Shown piece by piece: positions 8,941 through 16,419 of a stretch of 32,355 nt of DNA (within the stretch, counting starts at the first letter, position 1; each line of letters begins with the position of its first letter). The stretch is taken from assembly GCA_963647625.1 (NCBI GenBank), contig CAVJBW010000002.1, positions 1 through 32,355 on the forward strand, in the 5' to 3' direction. A model generated the notes under the pieces. That model was not told where the DNA came from, searched no databases, and was given only the letters and a program-made list of their open reading frames with translations. Made by a program: the position numbers and the translations under genes. Source of the DNA: Lachnospiraceae bacterium. Lineage in GTDB: Bacteria; Bacillota; Clostridia; Lachnospirales; Lachnospiraceae.

Positions 8941-9627
8941 TTATCCTTTCAATGCTGGGTCTTTGATGTGATTTTCTGCAAAGGCTGCTGCACGATCTAA
9001 GCAGGTGCCGCATTTGCCACAAGGCCTTTCGCCGCCTTCATAGCAAGACCAGGTCATTTCATAAGGGACCTTCAAATCAAGGCCAATCTTCACCACCTGG
9101 CCCTTGGTCATCTTGACAAAAGGCGCTTTAATCTGAAGTTGGTGCCCACTTCCTTCCCAAATCGCTTCGCTCATGGCATTGTGAAAGACTTCTGAGCAGT
9201 CTGGATAGGCAAATCCTGCCGCATCATCTGCATGAGCTCCATAATAAATGACGCTGCATCCTTTACTTAGAGCAATGCTGGCTGCAGAAGACAAAAATAG
9301 GCCATTTCGAAATGGAACGTAGGTGCTTACAGGCACTTCTTCCTTGGTTTTTTCTAACTGCTTGGCATAGCTTTCTTCTGGAATCTCCTGGGAGGAATGC
9401 TTGAGCAAAGAGCAATCCGAATATTGAAAAATCTTAGACAGGTCTAAGGATAAGTGCTCTACTCCATAATAATCGGCAATCCTCATGGCAGCATCCATTT
9501 CCTTGTCATGCTTTTGTCCATAGGACATGGATAGGGCTATCACCTGGTCTGCTCCATACTGATCAATGGCAAGTCCTAGGGCCGTGGTAGAATCCACGCC
9601 TCCACTAAATAAAACTAAGGCTTTCAT
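8941..9627 (-). CDS. queC: 7-cyano-7-deazaguanine synthase
   Basis: SGGVDS, YGQKH, TYVPFRN, YPDC and TWSCY..CGKCGTC. Confidence 0.97.
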   Translation of the reverse strand: MKALVLFSGGVDSTTALGLAIDQYGADQVIALSMSYGQKHDKEMDAAMRIADYYGVEHLSLDLSKIFQYSDCSLLKHSSQEIPEESYAKQLEKTKEEVPVSTYVPFRNGLFLSSAASIALSKGCSVIYYGAHADDAAGFAYPDCSEVFHNAMSEAIWEGSGHQLQIKAPFVKMTKGQVVKIGLDLKVPYEMTWSCYEGGERPCGKCGTCLDRAAAFAENHIKDPALKG

Positions 9628-9637
9628 AGGCCACCTC

Positions 9638-10204
9638 CTATTTCAAATAAAGCTTTAGATTGGCATCTTCTTTAAATGCTCCTCTTAGCTCTGCCGTAAA
9701 TGTCTTGGTATTATTTTTCTTAATTCCCCTTGCGGATACACAGCTATGGCGGCCTTCTATGCAGACGGCCACATCTTCACTTTGGGTCACTAAGGTCATA
9801 ATATCTGCAATATCTCGTCCGATTCTCTCTTGCAGCTGCAAGCGTCGTCCTACCATGTCACAGATTCTAGCGATTTTGGAAAGACCAATCACTTTTCCCT
9901 TTGGCACATAAGCCACCGTTGCCTTCATATCATACATCAGGGCCATGTGATGCTCGCAATAAGAAAAGAAATCAATATCCTTCATCACTACGACTCTGCT
10001 ATCATCTACTTCAAAGTCATCTTCAAAGGTCTTGTCAAACATCTGGGCAATCTCCTGATTGGTATAATTCATGCCCTCAAAGACCTCTTCATACATCTTG
10101 GCCACACGCTTTGGAGTTTCTATGAGACCTTCTCTATTTGGATCATCACCTAATGCTACTAAGATTCCTTTAATATGTTCTTCAATTGCTTTTGTATCTA
10201 TCAT
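9638..10204 (-). CDS. folE: GTP cyclohydrolase I
   Basis: [29 protein letters not shown] and HSC. ATG at 10204 preferred as the start. Confidence 0.95.
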   Translation of the reverse strand: MIDTKAIEEHIKGILVALGDDPNREGLIETPKRVAKMYEEVFEGMNYTNQEIAQMFDKTFEDDFEVDDSRVVVMKDIDFFSYCEHHMALMYDMKATVAYVPKGKVIGLSKIARICDMVGRRLQLQERIGRDIADIMTLVTQSEDVAVCIEGRHSCVSARGIKKNNTKTFTAELRGAFKEDANLKLYLK

Positions 10205-10205
10205 C

Positions 10206-10859
10206 TTATACACCTCTTTTGTCTGGATCCCAGATCACTTTATGCATCTGTATCTGCAGGCGAACCTGATTCATACTATGTTCTATCATATATTGAACGA
10301 TTTCTTCTGGTTTGATTTTGCCAAATACCGGACTGATATAGATCTTCACTTTTCCAAGCAGATTATAAGTCTCTATTATCTGGCGAGCTTTTTCTAGATC
10401 TTCTATGCTTCCTGCCACGAATTTGACAGTATCTAAGCTGGTTAGATAGGAAAAATTCTCCTTTTTCATGGAGCCTTCACAACCACTAGATGGAAGCTTA
10501 TAGTCCATGGTAAAGCTAGGCCTGATTGTCCCTAGAAAAGGACTTAAGTCCACAGAACCATTGGTCTCGATCTCTACTTGCAGCTCTTCTTCTTGCAATA
10601 GCTGTAACAGGCTAGCCATCTCCTCTTGCAGCAAAGGCTCTCCCCCTGTTAAGGTCACATTTCGCACTTTTGTTTTCTTTATTTCGGATACAATCTGGCT
10701 GGGGCTCATCTCCTGATAGGGACAGGCAGTTTCATTGGCCCAGGAAGTATCACAGTAAGAGCAAGCAAGATTACATCCCTGAAACCGAACAAAGACTGCA
10801 AGTTCTCCTGCCTTTTGGCCTTCTCCATTGATGCTGACAAAGGTTTCTACTACTTTCAT
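10206..10859 (-). CDS. queE: 7-carboxy-7-deazaguanine synthase (radical SAM)
   Basis: [25 protein letters not shown] and QMHK. Confidence 0.95.
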   Translation of the reverse strand: MKVVETFVSINGEGQKAGELAVFVRFQGCNLACSYCDTSWANETACPYQEMSPSQIVSEIKKTKVRNVTLTGGEPLLQEEMASLLQLLQEEELQVEIETNGSVDLSPFLGTIRPSFTMDYKLPSSGCEGSMKKENFSYLTSLDTVKFVAGSIEDLEKARQIIETYNLLGKVKIYISPVFGKIKPEEIVQYMIEHSMNQVRLQIQMHKVIWDPDKRGV

Positions 10860-11278
10860 TCTTCTTCATAAGCTGCGCAATTATTTACAGTTTCATAGAC
10901 CTCGATGCGATGCACGGCATATCCTTTCTCTTTCATAGCATCATAAAAGTATTTGGCAAAGCATTCTGCGGTTGGTCGAAAGTCCACTTCAATCAAGCGA
11001 AATCCCTCTTCCGTCAGTGCTTCTATGGTCTTGTCTTTTAAAGAACCTTTTTCATAGATAAAACTATGGTCTAGATCATCGCACAGCTCCTTTAAGGCTT
11101 CTTTGATTTCTCCAAAATCACATAGCATACCCCTAGTCTGCGAATCTTCCTTTAAATCTTCTCCTTTGATTTGGGCTATGACTCTCCATCTGTGGCCATG
11201 CAGATTGGAACATTTTCCTTGATAGCCACTTAAAAAATGAGCCGAGTCAAAGCTTTGCTCTGTCTTTAAATAGTACAT
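10856..11278 (-). CDS. queD: 6-carboxytetrahydropterin synthase
   Basis: FDSAH, CSNLHGH, DH, PTAE and YET. Confidence 0.95.
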   Translation of the reverse strand: MYYLKTEQSFDSAHFLSGYQGKCSNLHGHRWRVIAQIKGEDLKEDSQTRGMLCDFGEIKEALKELCDDLDHSFIYEKGSLKDKTIEALTEEGFRLIEVDFRPTAECFAKYFYDAMKEKGYAVHRIEVYETVNNCAAYEEE

Positions 11279-11311
11279 CTCCTACTCCTTTTTTAGCAAA
11301 AACAAAGTCTT

Positions 11312-11354
11312 ATAAAACCAAAAAGGTCCTATGGCATTGCACCATAAGACCTTT
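11312..11354 (-). terminator. Riboswitch expression-platform terminator
   Basis: Minus strand AAAGGTCTTATGG-tgcaatg-CCATAGGACCTTT then TTGGTTTTA, between the aptamer and the queD RBS. Confidence 0.8.
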
Positions 11355-11378
11355 GATTACTCTTCTATTACAAGTAGT

Positions 11379-11420
11379 CCTGGTTTTATTTTACGACAGG
11401 ATGGTACAAATGAACTGTCG
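11379..11420 (-). ncRNA. preQ1 class I riboswitch aptamer (type I-like)
   Basis: CGACAG-UUCAUUUGUACCAUC-CUGUCG-UAAAAUAAAACCAGG: 6-bp P1, a UUC...ACCAUC loop and an A-rich tail, in the que operon leader. Confidence 0.85.
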
Positions 11421-11438
11421 GTGCCTTACACAAAAGCT

Positions 11439-11468
11439 ATTATACCTAGCTTTCTTTGGAAAAGTCAA
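11439..11468 (-). promoter_or_regulatory. Sigma-A promoter of the que operon
   Basis: TTGACT-18 bp-TATAAT overlapping the 3' end of the hydantoinase gene, directly before the aptamer. Confidence 0.7.
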
Positions 11469-13503
11469 GGCTTCCTTTGGCACAGGCAATCACTTTCGCT
11501 CCAAGGGAAATCTCCCCATTGTTGGTTGCACCTGTTAGCTGCTTTACCTCCACCTTTATATCATAGACCTTATTTGCTCCACTTTTTAGGGCACTTTCCT
11601 TGCTTCTTTCCCTAGCTAGGGCAGTCGCCTTTTCAATAGCCTCTTCTAGGTTGTCAAAGCGTAGCCTGTCTCCTTCGATTACAAATTCTTCCCCTTCTTC
11701 ATCCCAGGCTGAGATCTGATTGTCCACACGAATATAGATGGTTTCATAGGCACAAACATCTCCAAGTAAGGCTCCTAGGGCATTGGATACTCCAGAATAA
11801 GGAGAGCTTAATCCCTTGGTATGAAGAGCCTTTGCTACATCTTGCAAAAAGATATGGGTGGGAGCTCCTACTCCTAGCAGATAAGCATCTGTGGCAAAGA
11901 TATTTTGGAAGAATTCCTCTTCTAGCATCTTGCTTTGTTCTTTCTTAAATCTCACCTTCGCTAGCTGAGTAATCATCTCTAGCTCCTCTTGGTCAGCTGC
12001 CTCTTCCTTTGAGTCTGTCCACAAAATACGAACCAAATTACAATACAATCTTTCTTCTACCAAATAGTAAGCCCAATTGCACAGCTTCGTTTCATAGTCA
12101 CAAGTCTCATAGATTCCCATAGAGCGTGCCATAAATTCTAAGGCCAGCCTTGCCGCTGCTACGCTGCCCTCTTCCATCTCAAAATCTCCTTTTATGGCCA
12201 TAGCATCTGTTGGCGTAAAGCCCGCTCTCAAGATAATTCCTTCATCTTCTAGACGCTGAGTTTTTAAGGAAAAAGCATCTTTGCTTACCCTGCTCGCTAG
12301 TTCTAACAAAGATAGGGGACCTTGTGATAAGGCCTGGCAAATCCCTCTTTCATTTTCCGTATAATTCTCTGGGCTAGACTTTACCTTATCTCCATTCAGA
12401 AGCAGAAAATGCTCATGTAAAGGTCTTGCACTTCCTTTTTCTTTTTCATTACATTTTTTAAGGCCCTCTAGAATCTGTGGATAGTCTTTCGCTAACAAAG
12501 AAATAGGATGCACTCTTCTATCCCCTAGTAGAAGCTGGTTGTTCTTATAGTAGATTCGACTATCGCCGCCTAGGGCAAAGGTGTCAATGGCAATTCCTTT
12601 TACAAAAGTCTGCCAGTTACCTACCTTGACCCCTTCTTCATCTAGAAGCAGTTGTCCATTTTTGATCATGGCAATATCGCTAGTGGTTCCCCCCATATCG
12701 ATAATAATGGCATTGTGGATCTTGCTATCTTCCTTAACAAAGAGCTCACTACCTCCCTTGGCACTTGCGGTAGGTCCGCACAAAAGGGTTTCTACCGGAT
12801 ACTTGCGGGAATAATCTGCTGAAACCAAAGAACCATCACTTTTCATAATTACAAATGGCAGGTGGATCTGTTCTTTTTTCAAGACCTTTTCCACAGCATC
12901 AAAGAATTCATTAATAACAGGAATCAATTGAGCATTTAATAAAGCACCGGCTCCTCTTTTCACTGCATTTAGATCTTTAAATATTTCAAAGGCACATACG
13001 ACCGGAAGCTCATAGCTTTCCTCTATGATTTCCTTTAATTGCTTTTCATAGGCTCCATTATTTTTCCTGGCAAAGACCTGAGAAATCGCCACCCCATCAT
13101 AGCCTTCCAGCATCGAAGGAAGCTGATTCCTCACTTCTTGCCAGTTTGGCTCTTTGCCTTTCATGGCATCCCCTTCTATAAAATACATAAAGTCGGTGCC
13201 ATCAAATCCATAGTTTTGATAGGACTCTTCTACGGTTTTTTGATCGACTCCAATAAAGATCAGGCAAACTCTTCCTCCCTTGTGCTCTACCGCTGCATTG
13301 GTTGCTAAGGTGGTAGAAAGAGAAATATAAGAGGCTGCTTCGATGAGATCTCTAGGAATCTGTCTTAAGGAATCTGCAATTCCAACCTCCAATCTCTCAT
13401 GAGTTGTCTGGGCCTTTGCAAATCCAAGGACCTGTTTTTTATTCAAATCATAAACTACAGTATCGGTACAAGTTCCTCCTGTATCTATGCCAATACCTAT
13501 CAT
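11446..13503 (-). CDS. Hydantoinase/oxoprolinase (subunit A-type) family protein
   Basis: GIDTGGTCTD, STTLATNA, KSDGS, ETLLCGPTAS, DMGGTTSD, LGGDS, FTPTD and NALGA. Confidence 0.9.
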   Translation of the reverse strand: MIGIGIDTGGTCTDTVVYDLNKKQVLGFAKAQTTHERLEVGIADSLRQIPRDLIEAASYISLSTTLATNAAVEHKGGRVCLIFIGVDQKTVEESYQNYGFDGTDFMYFIEGDAMKGKEPNWQEVRNQLPSMLEGYDGVAISQVFARKNNGAYEKQLKEIIEESYELPVVCAFEIFKDLNAVKRGAGALLNAQLIPVINEFFDAVEKVLKKEQIHLPFVIMKSDGSLVSADYSRKYPVETLLCGPTASAKGGSELFVKEDSKIHNAIIIDMGGTTSDIAMIKNGQLLLDEEGVKVGNWQTFVKGIAIDTFALGGDSRIYYKNNQLLLGDRRVHPISLLAKDYPQILEGLKKCNEKEKGSARPLHEHFLLLNGDKVKSSPENYTENERGICQALSQGPLSLLELASRVSKDAFSLKTQRLEDEGIILRAGFTPTDAMAIKGDFEMEEGSVAAARLALEFMARSMGIYETCDYETKLCNWAYYLVEERLYCNLVRILWTDSKEEAADQEELEMITQLAKVRFKKEQSKMLEEEFFQNIFATDAYLLGVGAPTHIFLQDVAKALHTKGLSSPYSGVSNALGALLGDVCAYETIYIRVDNQISAWDEEGEEFVIEGDRLRFDNLEEAIEKATALARERSKESALKSGANKVYDIKVEVKQLTGATNNGEISLGAKVIACAKGSLDFSKES

Positions 13504-13621
13504 ATGAAAACTCCTTTCAGTAAATATAATACCCTAAGATTAATACTAGCCCTTTTTCCCTTCCTTTGTTAGGAATTATTTTACCTATTCTTGCACTTTT
13601 TCTTTTCTTTTCACTTTCCAT

Positions 13622-13639
13622 TGTCTATAATAATAGACA
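13622..13639 (+). promoter_or_regulatory. Palindromic operator candidate over the MATE -10 box
   Basis: TGTCTAT-AATA-ATAGACA contains TATAAT at 13626-13631. Confidence 0.5.
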
Positions 13640-13665
13640 TCGTTGATTAATGGAGGTGAACTATT

Positions 13666-15039
13666 GTGAGAGAGACTTTCTTTACCAAAGATCGGAGCTT
13701 TTACAAGACATTATTTAGCATGTTAATCGTAGTTGCCTTGCAGAACCTAGTTATGTACAGTGTCAATATGGTAGACAATGTTATGCTAGGTCGCTACAGC
13801 CAGGAAGCATTATCTGGTGCTACTACGGTCAACCAATTATTTTTCATGGTAGAACAATTTGCCTTGGCAATCAGTAATACCTTAGTTGCCATTGCTGCAC
13901 AATACTGGGGTCAGAAGCGAACAGGCCCAATTCGTGCTTTAAGTGGTATTGCTATGAGACTTGGCATTGTGATTAGTGTCATCATTTTACTTTTATGTAT
14001 CTTTATGCCAGATCAATTGCTACATATATTTACCAATTCACCGGAGATTATCGCTCAGGCCAAAGACTATTTATCCATTATTCAGTGGACCTTTGTCTTG
14101 TTTATTATTTCTAATATTTTCATGGCTATGCTTCGAAGTGTGGGTACGGTAAAGATTTCCTTTTACGTCTCCGTAGTTTCGTTGCTTATCAATATTGTTC
14201 TGAATTATTGTTTGATCTACGGTCATTTTGGTTTCCCACAAATGGGAGTCAAGGGTGCTGCGATTGCTACCTTGATTGCAAGAATCGTTGAGCTTGCTGT
14301 CGTCTTTTTCTATGTACTTAAGATAGACAAGAAGATTCATGCCATCTCCAAAGAATTCTTCACTATTGATAAGGGCCTTCGAAAGGACTATACCAAGACC
14401 TTTATTCCAATTATGTTTTCCCAGGTACTTTGGGGCATTTCCGTTCCAATGCAGACAGCCATCCTCGGACATTTGTCCAACGATGCCATTGCAGCCAATT
14501 CCGTTGCGACTACCTTCTATCAATATCTGAAGGTCATTGTCATTGCCATTTCTTCGGTCTCTTCCGTTATGATTGGCAATTCCATCGGCAAGGGAAAGCT
14601 CTCTCGAGTAAAGTCAGATGCTCGCAGTCTCTGCGTTATTGATGTTTTAATCGGACTCGTATTAGGTATTGCTTTGATTGTACTTCGAAATCCTTTGATG
14701 TCCTTATACAATCTCAATGATTCTGCCATGACCATGGCTCTTCATCTGATTGTGATTATGGGCTTTGTCATGGTGGGAATGAGCTATCAGATGCCAGTAA
14801 GTTTCGGTATTATCCAGGGTGCTGGTGACGCCAAATTCACCATGAAGATGAATCTGATTAGTACTTGGTGTATCGTAATGCCCCTTTCTTTCATGGCCGC
14901 CTTTTGGTGGAAGCTTCCTGTGGAATGGGTGGTTATCTTTATTCAATCGGACCAGATCTTCAAGGGTCTACCTACCTTCCTCAAGTTCCGTACCTATTCT
15001 TGGATTCGCAAGCTGACTAGGGATGAGGATGCCGACTAG
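13666..15039 (+). CDS. MATE family efflux transporter
   Basis: VDNVMLG, AQYWG, NIVLNYCLIYG..GVKGAAIATLIAR and many TM segments. GGAGGTG RBS with a GTG start. Confidence 0.92.
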   Translation: MRETFFTKDRSFYKTLFSMLIVVALQNLVMYSVNMVDNVMLGRYSQEALSGATTVNQLFFMVEQFALAISNTLVAIAAQYWGQKRTGPIRALSGIAMRLGIVISVIILLLCIFMPDQLLHIFTNSPEIIAQAKDYLSIIQWTFVLFIISNIFMAMLRSVGTVKISFYVSVVSLLINIVLNYCLIYGHFGFPQMGVKGAAIATLIARIVELAVVFFYVLKIDKKIHAISKEFFTIDKGLRKDYTKTFIPIMFSQVLWGISVPMQTAILGHLSNDAIAANSVATTFYQYLKVIVIAISSVSSVMIGNSIGKGKLSRVKSDARSLCVIDVLIGLVLGIALIVLRNPLMSLYNLNDSAMTMALHLIVIMGFVMVGMSYQMPVSFGIIQGAGDAKFTMKMNLISTWCIVMPLSFMAAFWWKLPVEWVVIFIQSDQIFKGLPTFLKFRTYSWIRKLTRDEDAD

Positions 15040-15072
15040 ATATTATCTTCCATAGATTCTTATTGAAAAAAT

Positions 15073-15121
15073 AAAACCACTAAAATCAAGGATATCCTCC
15101 TTTGGTTTTAGTGGTTTTTTT
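15073..15121. terminator. Bidirectional intrinsic terminator
   Basis: AAAACCACTAAAA...TTTTAGTGGTTTT between convergent genes. Confidence 0.85.
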
Positions 15122-15125
15122 GCTC

Positions 15126-15698
15126 TTATAAGAATTTTACTTCTCCTGTTTCTATATCATAGATTGCACCTTCAATGCGTACCGCATTTGGATCATGCTC
15201 TGACATATTGAGGCTGCTTCGTATTCGAGTCATGCTATTTTGGATATTTTTTAGACAAGCCTGCATCGGATCTTTTTCCTCTTGAATCGCCATGCGAATC
15301 TCCGCGATGATTCCACTGATAAAGCCTCCCTCATTCACATCTTCTAGAGCTGCTCCTACAGCGCCACAATTGGTATGCCCCATGACTACAAGCAGTGGAC
15401 ACTTCAAATGGTGCACGGCATATTCAATACTTCCCATCTCATGGAAACCAATGACATTTCCTGCCACTCGAATCACAAACAATTCTCCAATTCCAGTGGC
15501 AAAGATTTTCTCCGGAATGACTCTTGAATCTGAACAAGTAAGGACAATGGCATAGGGAACCTGTCCATGTCTTGCAGTATCTAGTCTCTTTTGTGGAGAG
15601 ATATCCCCACTTCCTTTTACCTGGGTGAGATATTTAAAATTGCCTTCTTTTAGCTTCTCTAGCGCTTCTTGTGCTGTTAAGTATTTCTTTCCTTCCAT
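15126..15698 (-). CDS. Beta-class carbonic anhydrase
   Basis: CSDSR, GELFVIRVAGN, GHTNCGAV and YDIETG. ATG 15698 follows GGAGG. Confidence 0.93.
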   Translation of the reverse strand: MEGKKYLTAQEALEKLKEGNFKYLTQVKGSGDISPQKRLDTARHGQVPYAIVLTCSDSRVIPEKIFATGIGELFVIRVAGNVIGFHEMGSIEYAVHHLKCPLLVVMGHTNCGAVGAALEDVNEGGFISGIIAEIRMAIQEEKDPMQACLKNIQNSMTRIRSSLNMSEHDPNAVRIEGAIYDIETGEVKFL

Positions 15699-15721
15699 CT
15701 TAACCCTCCGATCTGCCAAGC

Positions 15722-15943
15722 TTATTGTTGACGAAGCAACTCCTCTGCCTTCGCCACCGTGCTTTTGGCTTGTTCATTTCCTTTTCTTGCTGCATAGCGT
15801 CCCCATTTTAAAGCTTTTTCATAATTCTTTTTCCCAAAGATGCCACTTAAGTAACCCTGTGCAATCTGAGCTGCTGCATCAACATCTCCTAAGGAGGCTT
15901 TATCTACTAACTCTATCAACAAATCACTTGCCATTTCTTTCAT
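15722..15943 (-). CDS. Small Sel1-like repeat protein
   Basis: ASLGDVDAAAQIAQGYLSG..KNYEKALKWGRYAARKGNEQA fits one Sel1 repeat. The start is uncertain (15943 or 15934). Confidence 0.7.
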   Translation of the reverse strand: MKEMASDLLIELVDKASLGDVDAAAQIAQGYLSGIFGKKNYEKALKWGRYAARKGNEQAKSTVAKAEELLRQQ

Positions 15944-16016
15944 TTCCTTTCTATGCTTTATCACATCATAACATACTTTATGTGCCTCTTCATGAAAAGA
16001 ATATTTTTCTTATCAC

Positions 16017-16054
16017 AAAAAAGTGGGCAGGGAAGATACTCTTCCACTGCCCAC
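16017..16054 (-). terminator. Intrinsic terminator
   Basis: Minus strand GTGGGCAGtGGAAGA-gta-TCTTCCCTGCCCAC-TTTTTT. Confidence 0.85.
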
Positions 16055-16066
16055 GATTCATCTGCT

Positions 16067-16354
16067 TTATTCTTTTTCGATTGCAATTCCTTCTACTGCT
16101 ACACGAATCTGATCGTCGTCCATTTCCTGCATATCTGGAATCACAACGGTTCCACCACATTTGGAAGCTTCGATGATCTTATCATAGATATGAAGAGATA
16201 AGTCGTGTGGAAGCTGAATTCCAATGCTTTTAATCTCCCCACTTGCAGTTACGACATCGATCTGATCCATCTTCTTTGGTGTCAAAATACAGCCTGTGCA
16301 TCCTGTAAAGAATTGTAATGGCTTGTTACAGTCACGAATGGTAAATGTTTTCAT
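16067..16354 (-). CDS. Hypothetical protein (95 aa)
   Basis: GGAGGT RBS and its own downstream terminator. Contains CTGC. Confidence 0.75.
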   Translation of the reverse strand: MKTFTIRDCNKPLQFFTGCTGCILTPKKMDQIDVVTASGEIKSIGIQLPHDLSLHIYDKIIEASKCGGTVVIPDMQEMDDDQIRVAVEGIAIEKE

Positions 16355-16419
16355 AATATGCTACCTCCTATTAGTGTATACTCGTTATACCCTTCTATTG
16401 TAACATACTTTTCTTAAAT

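Noticed and set aside
8454..11278. que/folE cluster as a 7-deazaguanine DNA-modification (dpd) island
   Set aside because: There is no dpdA/tgt-like or other dpd gene. QueF and a preQ1 riboswitch indicate ordinary tRNA queuosine precursor synthesis.
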